This document shows positions 10,033 through 20,293 of a stretch of 64,000 nucleotides of DNA, piece by piece (position 1 is the stretch's first letter; every line of letters starts with the position of its first letter). The DNA is from Botryllus schlosseri. Its lineage: Eukaryota. The translations under genes were made by a program, and so were the position numbers. The stretch is taken from contig CM119385.1 in assembly GCA_051294905.1 (NCBI GenBank), positions 4,650,001 through 4,714,000 of the forward strand. The letters are read 5' to 3'. A model generated the notes under the pieces. The model was not told where the DNA came from. It saw nothing but the letters and a program-made list of their open reading frames with translations, and made no database searches.

Positions 10033-13000
10033 TCGCCTCCTGCTAAAAAGGCGTGATTATAGCGACAATACAAAATGAAATTTACATGCATTGAATAGCA
10101 GTACAATTACGAAACGTAATAATTGCAACGGATATCACATAGTGTGTGGTTTAACGTGGTAAGACCGAAGTGTGTAGTTAATAAAGTATTGGTAGAAAGG
10201 CGATAACACCAATTTAAAATGCAATATTGTAGCCTGATGTTGCAATATTTATACAACATGATAGCAATGAAACCATATATGAGATAGTGTATTGATAACA
10301 CGTTAAGGGTTAGATTAAATCTAGTCAAAATGGCGAATTGGTCATATCTGAGGCAATTTTTGTGTTTTATTAAAAGAACAATAAACGAAAGAAGAAAAAA
10401 ATATGTACACAAAGGAATTGACATTAGGTCTGGCGAATGCGTCATACGCTAGAACAAATTGGTGGTAACTCGAAAATGAGTGTATGTTATTTGTACATGC
10501 AAAATCCTATAAGCGGAATGTAGTGTATGGTTTGGGAGCATATTAAAGTCAAAACTACTTTTGAAAGTAATCGAAACACGTGGTATAGGAAGTAACGAAA
10601 GTAGGAAACTGGTGTCTGGGTTTTCTAGCGACCAGAGACTGCTTTTATGAGTCAATGGAGTTGAATAGAAAAAATTACTCAAATGATGATCTGGTAGTCG
10701 AACCGCTTAAAATGGCGAGATTTGTGGGAAATTTCCTGAACCATTAAGATTAACGACCATTGAAATAGTCACAAAGACCGGGGCCCGAAATTATGCGAGC
10801 CGTATATATTTTCGGCAAGAACAGTCGTATTGACGCATTCGCTAATGGGTAGCCTATACGAATGAATCTTGAAATGCTAATAAGTCCGCGTGGGAGAGAT
10901 AGATAAAAGTCATGAATCATAATCGAGTCTATAGGGATTACGAAATTCGCCGCGTTTGAAAAGTGAACAGTCCATCAGTCTTTTGGAAGACCGAATAATT
11001 ATTTATATACAGATAAGCCATGCACCGGGGGCCGCGAACCTGCCTGGAATAATTAACAGTCAATGCTCATAGCTCATTAAGGGTTGTATTTAGATCCAAT
11101 TAGTTCACTCCGCCAAGGTTAAAACGCGTATCGCCTGCTGTGCGAATATTCTTCACGACTGTTCAAGTCGGCTTTAAAATGCGTATAATACGTGGTTTTA
11201 CCAAAGCGCCATACGGAACTTGAAATTCCCGTAATGTCTGATAGGGCGGCGTCGGCTTAGCAGAGGTTGTTGTGTAGTAGAGAGCATTTCGGCGGTTCGC
11301 GATAGACCCGTGGCAGGCGACGACGAATTCTAGAATGCATTATAAGCAATATCGGCAGCAAGATGATATTTCACAAGGTGGTAATTAGCATAATATCATA
11401 GCAATAATGGCGATGACAAATTGAAAGAAAGTAAAATACAAAAACACATCGTTCGTCAGTGAACCAGATATGAGGTGGTGAAAATCTGCACCGATAGGGA
11501 GTATACGCTATAATGTGAGCGTAAGTACTAAGTATTGAATCGATTCCATACGTGACGGAGCGACGCAAGGCGGTTATATAAGCCTTGTGAGTAATTGGAG
11601 CTTTCAAGTAGAAGTTAATAAAAATTTACGGAATCTCGAAGTGAAAGGAAATAATGCCGGGTTATTCGGGTGTTTTGATCAGCTCAAAAGTATAGTAATG
11701 GAATATTCGCATCAAAGCATGTCAAGATGAATGTAATCGTAGCGTAACGCTGGGACTTCGTCATAAATAACGAAGTAACGTCGTGAAAGTAGAATGTACA
11801 AAATGTAAAGAGAGGTAATAACAATAGCTTAAGTAATGACAAATGTGTGTATTGTTAGGTAGCCTAATGGCATTGTTAGTGTTTAGTGCTGCGAACCGCA
11901 GTCATGTCGAAAAAAAAAGTCCCTAGCGATGTACATTGTACACAGCATGGTATACCACAAATCCATACACATTGATGAATCTGCGCGCCATATGCTATCC
12001 AGATATATAAAAAGGTTTCCGGAAATAAATTGACGTGATTTAATCAAGAATTTGGTCCACTAACGGATCGAAAGAAGGGATAAAAATAGTAATTAATCAT
12101 CACTGCACGCCACTTAACATATCGCAAGTGTGAGAACGTGCGCCCGCTACTTCAATAATGTGCTTCGAAGACTTACACATGGCAATGCCTAATGACGTAT
12201 CGACCGGTAAGATACATCTAAAAAAACAGTAAGTATTAGGTCAAATTCCCTAATACCGGATAAATAATTCATCCAACCGTATATACACTAATAGTGTCCG
12301 ATCGTGGATCATTTCGAAAAAAAAGCGTACGGGCGAGACGCGAGTCGACCGAATTTCACCTCAACTTCGTTATGTAATGATGGAAGCTTATAGCATGAGT
12401 TAAAATCGCATGTTTACAACCCATAGATTCCCCGGCCGGTAGAATCGCTGAGTCACGCACAAGCAATTCCCATGTCTAAAAACGATTTGGCGAGATAACA
12501 TGGCCAAACCCACTCATTACACACGATCCTAGGAGCAAAAGTGAAATCGTAGACCCGGTACTTCGACCATAACCTTAGTTAACGAGTTCCCCGTGTAGCG
12601 ATAATATGGGCAACGTGATATTGAAAATTTAACAGATTCGTGACTATACAAACGTGTCACGGATAGGTGACAAGATGTCAGTAATAGGTAGCCATGCCAT
12701 GAAATGTACAATGTATAAAGGTAAAAGATACGTATAGCTAATCGCATGTAACTATAGGTTGCAAAATCTGAGTATGTTCAGATGACATTATCGCGGGTAA
12801 GTATATAAGGACGTAAATTACGGGAAAAAAATGACAATTTGTCACCGTGTTAAAGCGGCCTTATTTAAGTATAGGTAATTAGAAGTAAGCGAAAATGTCA
12901 AAGACCTAGTATAAAGAAAGTAAGGAAGTCAATGTTTGAAGAAAATAGGGAAGTAACTTCCGTATTTATAAATTCCAGCAAAGCGCTGAGTGAGAAGTAA

Positions 13001-14112
13001 CGCTAATATGTGATTAAAATCGAATTATGATTATGGGTAATTGCAGCAAAAGCGAGGTTATGCGAATACGTGTAGTGAGATAAGATGAAGTTGCGTTATG
13101 CAGAGTTAAGTTAGTTATAAAATCCCCATTCCCAGTGAAACTGGTATATTTCAATAATTCAAAGCCGAAATCTAAATTGTCGGTTAAAAATAGCAGAATT
13201 TGCCGCGGAACATCATATAGAATCCCGATGGAATTCTATGCTATAGTCCGGCGAAAAGCCGTGTCAATATTTTTATCGAAGTAACATTGACGGTATAGTT
13301 ACGGTGGTTAAAAAGGGTAGCGCTTAAATACGCGCGGAAGTCAATGTCGCATGAATGACATATGAAATCACAAAAATTAATATCCTGAAATTGGTAATTA
13401 TGTTCCACGGAGATGCCGTGAATTAAAAAAACGAGCAAGAAAATAGATTGGTAAATTTCCACTGTGGTTGGCAGTGATTTACGCGGTAATATGAAGGTAG
13501 GAAAAACCGCAAAATTTATAATCAGAATCGAAATGGGGGTGTTAAACAATAAAACAACTGTAAGCAAATGGTATGTTACACGACTAAGGTAGGCTATTCG
13601 TGCGAAAGTGAAGTTGTATATATGGAAATAGTGAATAGTGAATCGGTAGTAATTATTCGATTTCACGGGAGAGAGAAGCAATTTTACCGGGCGATCGAGA
13701 GTGTAATTCCCGACGAGGAATGGATGTGATAATTTCGTTAGAAAGCAAAACGCTAAGATTCAAATAATAGTTTTTAAGGCCGTAATATAAAAACGAAACC
13801 AATGCACAATGTTCTGTCAGTGTCAGAGTATCACTCAAATCTGGTTCTCTGAATGTCATGGCGATGAATATAGGAACACAAACAACGAACATAATTATAT
13901 GGAAAGCACGAATCGAGCAATAGCGAGGAAATTTGCTGCTAGCCGATAAAGCCAAGTGAGATAAATCATTCTCGCTGCAAAATGCATTCCCGAAATTCGA
14001 AGTCAAGTAAACGGATTTACCGTGTAAGGGTGGAAAAGTCCTGGATGGCTCCATAGCAGTTGTTAGTCCAATTGTGTAGGAGGCGATTCGTCCTTCGTTG
14101 AAGCTTAAATCA

Positions 14113-14130
14113 TCTCACGAGCGTGCACCA
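14113..14130 (-). promoter_or_regulatory. Primer-binding site (tRNA not assigned)
   Basis: TGG-starting 18-mer immediately after the 5' LTR. Confidence 0.6.
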
Positions 14131-14524
14131 TATGGGAAGGTGTGACGTCTGATAACCTGCTAAAGTTGTGACCTGAGTCCCACGTAATGTGTGGCTGGGT
14201 GGATATACTTAGCTCTTTTCGTAGCAGACGCACGTCCCGGCGTTTAGTCCTTGTTGATCTGACAACTTCAACGTGAATGCAACGACAGGATTGCCTCAGA
14301 TAGATATATTGGTCGAATATGCATGGAATATATACAGTAGGATATCGCAGATGAGTCTAGCTTGTAAAATGAGATGCACGAGCTGATAAATGGCAAGTCA
14401 CGTGGTAGCGAGAAGAAAGATATAAGTCACGTGATATACAGATATGGGCGATGTTCCGATGTACCATAATGATGTTGTATCTTACAAAGTGTATGAACCG
14501 TGAGAGGGCGCAGGGCGTCCCACA
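14131..14524 (-). repeat. 5' LTR
   Basis: Termini TGTGGG...CCCATA on the minus strand; 390/394 identical to the 3' LTR. Confidence 0.92.
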
Positions 14525-15106
14525 ATGTCCTAGTGTCAACGCAGTTCGAACACACTCCTGACATGATGCCCGAACACCCCTAGACACGATGTCCGAATGT
14601 CAACGCAGTCCGAACACATCCCAGACACGATGTCCGAACGCCCCCCCCCCAGACACACCCCAGACATGAGGTCCGAACACCCCCCAGACATCCTCCATAC
14701 ACGATGTCCGAACTCACCACGCCCCAGACATGATGTCTGAGTGTCAACGCAGTCCGAACACACCCCAGACACGATGTCCTAACGCCCCTTCCCCAGACAC
14801 ACCCCAGACATGATGACCGAATACCCCCCAGACATCGTCCAGACACGATGTCCGAGCTCGCCACGCCCCAGACATGATTTCCGAGTGTCAACGCAGTCCG
14901 AAGACACCCCAAACATGATTTTATGAACACACCCTAGACTTGAAATTTGAACACAGGCCGGGACATGATGTCCGAACATCATTTCCGATTGGCAACGCAG
15001 TGTGGACACACCTCAGTCATGATATCCAAACACCCCCAGACATGATGTCCAGAGTGTCAATGCAGTCCGAAGATACCCCAGACATGATAATACAATAAGA
15101 TCAGCC

Positions 15107-15995
15107 ATGTTCACAATAAGAGCAGTCTCATGTTCAGAATAAGAGCAGTCATGTTCACAATAAGAACAGTCCTATGTTCACAATAAGAGCAGTCATGTTC
15201 ACAATAAGAACAGTCTCATGTTCACAATAAGAGCAGTCATGTTCACAATAAGAGCAGTCTCATGTTCACAATAAGAGCAGTCATGTTCACAATAAGAACA
15301 GTCTCATGTTCACAATAAGAGCAGTCATGTTCACAATAAGAACAGTCTCATGTTCACAATAAGAACAGTCTCATGTTCACAATAAGAGCAGTCGTTGTAT
15401 TCACAATAATATCAGTCGCAGCACCACCATATCCCCCGGACACGATGTCCGAGTGGCAACATAGTCCGAACACCACCCAGACACGATGTCCGAGTGTCAA
15501 CGCAGTCCGAACACACTCCTGACACGATGCCCGAACACCCCCAAACACGATGTACGTACGTAAAGCAGTGTGGCAACGCAGTGTGGACACACCTCAGTCA
15601 TGATATCCAAACACCCCCAGACATGATGTCCAGAGTGTCAATGCAGTCCGAAGATACCCCAGACATGATAATACAATAAGATCAGCCATGTTCACAATAA
15701 GAGCAGTCTCATGTTCACAATAAGAGCAGTCGTGTTCACAATGAGAACAGTCTTATGTTCACAATAAGAGCAGTCATGTTCACAATAAGAACAGTCTCAT
15801 GTTCACAATAAGAGCAGTCATGTTCACAATAAGAGCAGTCTCATGTTCACAATAAGAGCAGTCATGTTCACAATAAGAACAGTCTCATGTTCACAATGGG
15901 AGCAGTCATGTTCACAATAAGAACAGTCTCATGTTCACAATAAGAGCAGTCATGTTCACAATAAGAACAGTCTCATGTTCACAATAAGAGCAGTC
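15107..15995 (+). repeat. Two minisatellite arrays of atgttcacaataaga(g/a)cagtc(tc), 18/20-bp units, within a ~0.6-kb tandem duplication
   Basis: Arrays at 15107-15393 and 15688-15995; shorter copies at 9411-9519 and inverted at ~16700-16809. Confidence 0.95.
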
Positions 15996-17754
15996 GTTGT
16001 ATTCACAATAATATCAGTCGCAGCACCACCATATCCCCCGGACACGATGTCCGAGTGGCAACATAGTCCGAACACCACCCAGACATGATGTCCGAACACC
16101 CCCAGACACGATGTCCGAGTGTCAACGCAGTCCGAACACACTCCTGACACGATGCCCGAACACCCCCAAACACGATGTACGTACGTAAAGTAGGTGCGTA
16201 CAGGTACAGCGACCCAGTCGAGACCGATAGATTGATGACTCGAAGTTGACTCAAAAAAATTAGCTTTGAGTCACGAGTCAATTTACATTTTGAGACACAG
16301 AGTCAAGTTAAGTCGTGTCTGGGGGGGGGGTTCGGACATCGTGTCTGGGGTGTGATCGGACTGCGTTGACACTCGGACATCATGTCTGGGGCGTGGTGAG
16401 TTCGGACATCGTGTATGGATGAGGATGTCTGGGGGGTGTTCGGACATCATGTCTGGGGGGGGGGGCGTTCGGACATCGTGTCTGGGGTGTGTTCGGACGG
16501 CGTTGACACTCGGACATCGTGTCTGGGGGTGTTCGGGCATCATGTCAGGAGTGTGTTCGAACTGCGTTGAGACTCGGACATCGTGTCTGGGGGTGTTCGG
16601 ACATCATGTCTGGGTTGCGTTCGGACTATGTTGCCACTCGGACATCGTGTCCGGGGGATATGGTGGTGCTGCGACTGATGTTATTGTGAATAATACAACG
16701 ACTGCTCTTATTGTGAACATGAGACTGCTCTTATTGTGAACATGACTGCTCTTATTGTGAACATGAGACTGCTCTTATTGTGAACAGAATTGCTCTTATT
16801 GTGAACATAATCGAACCAACCCTACTCCAATGGTCAAGACAGTCAAGAAACTGCTGAAACCGTAAAATATAGCTGGGCACTATTATCTAATTGATTTAAC
16901 GATTAAATAGGTGAGATGAACAGAACATGGATAACATTTTTCAGCATACACAACTGCTTTCTGCCTGTTCAGAACAGATCCGGAAGAAACCGGTTGACGA
17001 TTCGAACATCTGTTTGTTTATCTAAACAAATTGCATAATAAGTTCCATAATGGTGTGTGTCTTGGGTTGAAGCTCTCTTAGCTCTGGAGGTTTTATGTCT
17101 TATCTTATGTTGTGTATATGGTGGATCGTACTGTTTGGTATCCGTATGAAGCAGGCAAAAACCTAGAACATATGTTGTATATGACATAGATAAGTCGTTG
17201 GGACAGTCCTTGCCTTGACGAGTTTAGCATTGCTGCTGCACCAGTATGGAATCGGTGTCCAAGGCACGCAGGATCACGCCGACTTGGTCGCCAGTTGCAC
17301 GCGATCACGCCGTCACGGGTCGTTGATTTCATTAAAAAAATAAAATTAAAAAAAAAAAATTTGAAAAAAAGTCAATTTTCTCAGCCACCTCAAATGCTAT
17401 ATTCCCGTTAGTATGTGGTATATAATGTTTTGACCTAATCCTCTAGCCAGGATCTGTTGATTACTGTCTGTTGGTAAAGTATTTGCACCTTGCCAGTGCT
17501 AAAGGACAGAGATTCCAATCAGGCTGCTGCAGTTTCACACGAGATGTCCAAGGCCCAAGGGATAGTATTCAGCTTATTTAGTCGTAACGTAACGTATAAC
17601 TCATATCAAACGTATATTTTACAATTTTTATGGAATGCTTCATGACTGTTCAAGAGTTATCCCCTACTGTAATAGTGTAATTCACAATTTTCATTCTGAA
17701 AATGTTCAGATATAATATGGGTGAAGACATAATCGTTAGTAAAAATTGCAAAGC

Positions 17755-19905
17755 ATGATGATACAAATGCTTCGAATATCGCCTTGCCTACAAACTGGAC
17801 GACAACTGGCCAGTACGAGTACAAGAAACCATGTTTTCACACGGATAAAGATACAGGACTGGCATTTCCACTCTCTTGCCCAACATAAATTTGCTCAAAG
17901 CACAGTCGTCGGGTTGAGATATTTCCATGTCACGCCGGTGGTTCAGAGCGATCAACATCAATCCAAAAAAGAAAATAGTCCCAATGACAAACTCCCATTC
18001 TTCTTTGGACTTGGCCTGTCGGCTTTCATCTCATACATGCTGTACATTACATTCACTGATGGAGGATCCAGTGACTCTCCTTTCAAATTTTCAATGTCTT
18101 TCAAAGATTTTGTGGAAGAGGTGTTACCAACTGGTGAAGTGGTAGCGTTGAATATGAATTCATATTCAGGAGGGCACAAAGCCCGTGCTATGCTTCGACG
18201 TGGGGCTTCTTTCAAGGGTAATTCTTACCCTATTCCTGTTTTGATCGAAATAACCGACATCAAAAATGCAAAAGAGTTTGAGAGGATCATTCGTAATGCG
18301 GAAAAAGCAATGGGACTCAGTCCGACTGAAGGAATACCAATCAGACATCAACTTGTGAGTACCGGTGATGCGTTCGCTGCGGTGGGATTACTATTGGCAA
18401 CTGTGACATTGGTGATATTGTTAATATCACGTGCGCAATCTGTTATGCGCAGTTCAGGCGGAATGACGTCTGTTGGTAAGCTAACGCCAAGTAGTAACAT
18501 AAAGAAAGTCCAAACTGGCATCAAATTCACAGATGTGGCAGGTTGTTCTGAAGCGAAACAAGAGGTAATGGAATTCGTCCACTATTTAAAGCATCCTGAA
18601 AAATACCAAAAACTAGGCGCTAAAATGCCGAGAGGCTGTCTTCTCACAGGCCCACCCGGTGTCGGTAAAACCTTACTAGCGAAAGCAGTTGCTAGTGAGG
18701 CAGAAGTCCCGTTCATATCAAAGGCCGGTTCTGACTTTGTTGAAATGATTGGTGGGCTCGGTGCCAAAAGAGTACGTGAGCTGTTTAAAGAAGCACGCTC
18801 GGTAGCGCCGTGCATTGTGTACATTGATGAATTAGATGCTGTCGGTGCGAAACGGTCTTCCGATAATTCTCAAATGTCAGGCGCCTCTGAACGAGATCAA
18901 ACTTTGAATCAAATTCTAGTGGAAATGGACGGTATTTTGAGTACGGCTCATGATGTAATTGTTATGGCGTCGACGAATCGTGTTGATATGTTAGATAAAG
19001 CTCTTTTGAGACCCGGTCGATTCGACAGGCATATTTCAATCGATTTACCGACTAAAATTGAAAGAAAAGACATTTTTGAGATACACATGAACAAACTGAA
19101 ATTGAAAGATCCACACTCTCCCTACTCTGATCGCTTAGCGGATTTATCTCCAGGCATGAGTGGCGCCGACATCGCTAATATCTGTAATGAAGCCGCGATT
19201 TGTGCAGCCCGAGATAAAGACACTCACATCGACGCCAGTCACTTCGAACAAGCCTTCGAACGAGTGCTGGGCGGATCCAAGAAAAAATCATCCGCCCTTT
19301 CCCCGGACGAGCGAAAAATAGTTTCGGTTCACGAAGCCGGGCATACTCTCGTCGGTTGGATGCTAAAGTACACGGACACGCTCGTTAAAGTTTCGATAGT
19401 CCCGAGGACCAAGTCTGCGTTGGGTTTTAGCAGGACGTTACAGCGCGAAACGAAAATGTACACAAGTCGGATTTTGATGGAAATCATGGCAACGAGATTG
19501 GCGGGAAGGTCGGCCGAGAATCTAGTCTTCGGTACGGTGACGCACGGGGCCGAAGACGACTTGAAAAAAGTCACGGACATGGCATATATGAAAGTGAAGG
19601 AGTTTGGACTCAATCCTGTTGTCGGAAATTTATCGTTTTCAAAAGACGAGGAAGAGATAACGAAGCCGTACAGCGACTCGCTGGCGCAAGAGATCGATAT
19701 TCAAGTCAAAAATACCGTAATCGAAGCTCACCAAATTGCGCACGACATACTAGTTGCTAACCGATCGAAATTAGATATATTATCCAAAGAACTGCTTGAG
19801 AAAGAAGTGTTGAACTACGACGATATCAAAAATCTTATTGGCCCCCCTCCATACAGTAATCATGGTGATAAAATTATGGATGATGTTCCCAATTTGAATA
19901 CTTGA
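17755..19905 (+). CDS. SPG7: Paraplegin, mitochondrial m-AAA protease subunit (single-exon CDS, 716 aa)
   Basis: N-terminal transit-like region and two TM segments; Walker A GPPGVGKT; Walker B IVYIDELD; SRH ALLRPGRFDR; M41 HEAGH and GAEDD. GGLGAKRVRELFKEAR..APCIVYIDE and HEAGHTLVGW match paraplegin better than AFG3L2. First ATG at 17755 (the ORF-track start 17746 is TTG). Confidence 0.9.
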   Translation: MMIQMLRISPCLQTGRQLASTSTRNHVFTRIKIQDWHFHSLAQHKFAQSTVVGLRYFHVTPVVQSDQHQSKKENSPNDKLPFFFGLGLSAFISYMLYITFTDGGSSDSPFKFSMSFKDFVEEVLPTGEVVALNMNSYSGGHKARAMLRRGASFKGNSYPIPVLIEITDIKNAKEFERIIRNAEKAMGLSPTEGIPIRHQLVSTGDAFAAVGLLLATVTLVILLISRAQSVMRSSGGMTSVGKLTPSSNIKKVQTGIKFTDVAGCSEAKQEVMEFVHYLKHPEKYQKLGAKMPRGCLLTGPPGVGKTLLAKAVASEAEVPFISKAGSDFVEMIGGLGAKRVRELFKEARSVAPCIVYIDELDAVGAKRSSDNSQMSGASERDQTLNQILVEMDGILSTAHDVIVMASTNRVDMLDKALLRPGRFDRHISIDLPTKIERKDIFEIHMNKLKLKDPHSPYSDRLADLSPGMSGADIANICNEAAICAARDKDTHIDASHFEQAFERVLGGSKKKSSALSPDERKIVSVHEAGHTLVGWMLKYTDTLVKVSIVPRTKSALGFSRTLQRETKMYTSRILMEIMATRLAGRSAENLVFGTVTHGAEDDLKKVTDMAYMKVKEFGLNPVVGNLSFSKDEEEITKPYSDSLAQEIDIQVKNTVIEAHQIAHDILVANRSKLDILSKELLEKEVLNYDDIKNLIGPPPYSNHGDKIMDDVPNLNT

Positions 19906-20293
19906 AAAGCACATATTTTATGACTATTCCGCAATAAAGGACTGTTTACTAAACACTGTGCGTTACTGGTATATTGTAAGAACCTGAATAGATTTTTTTA
20001 GAAAATCATTCTCATTGACAATAGCACTATAAAAGGGCATCTCAATAGCTTGTCCTACTGAAGATAATATTCCTATGGTTGTGACCAAGTTCCTAATAGG
20101 CCTATATTATCGATTGTAAGAATTTATTTCTTGGCGTGAAGTGAACTTTCAAGGAATAAGTGTATGTAGTAGAACGATCCTGTCGTGCCTTAGGGTTGGT
20201 CAAAGTGGTACCGTACCAGAGTAAAAGTAGTCATTTCTACCTTAAGCCTGAGCAGAAATACAACAATAGGTTTGAAAAGGAAGAGAGTGCCAC

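Larger units (their letters stand above)
9639..14524 (-). mobile_element. Non-autonomous LTR retroelement (Gypsy-like by 4-bp TSD), no intact gag/pol
   Basis: Two 394-bp LTRs differing at 4 positions; TSD atgt (9635-9638, 14525-14528); PBS-like TGGTGCACGCTCGTGAGA and purine-rich agcaggaggcga define the minus orientation; longest internal ORF is 146 aa. Confidence 0.9.
9392..16827. mobile_element. Foldback-type TIR element with long modular arms (~2.5 kb without the LTR insert)
   Basis: Left end agggttggttcgattatgttcacaataagagc (9396) is inverted at 16823; arms of ~0.5 kb (left arm split by the LTR element) built of 18/20-bp and ccgaacac/cagacacgatgt modules; 8-bp direct repeat caatggtc at 9384-9391 and 16828-16835. 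Confidence 0.8.

Noticed and set aside
15107-15995. Regular short repeats resembling a CRISPR array
   Set aside because: Units are head-to-tail with no unique spacers, there are no cas genes, and the context is eukaryotic; this is a minisatellite.
14357-16739. Numerous 60-116-aa Gly/Cys/Val-rich ORFs
   Set aside because: These are translations of the foldback tandem modules and recur with the repeat.
16950-17332. Possible LINE 3' fragment on the minus strand
   Set aside because: No RT or endonuclease motif, tail or TSD that I can support.
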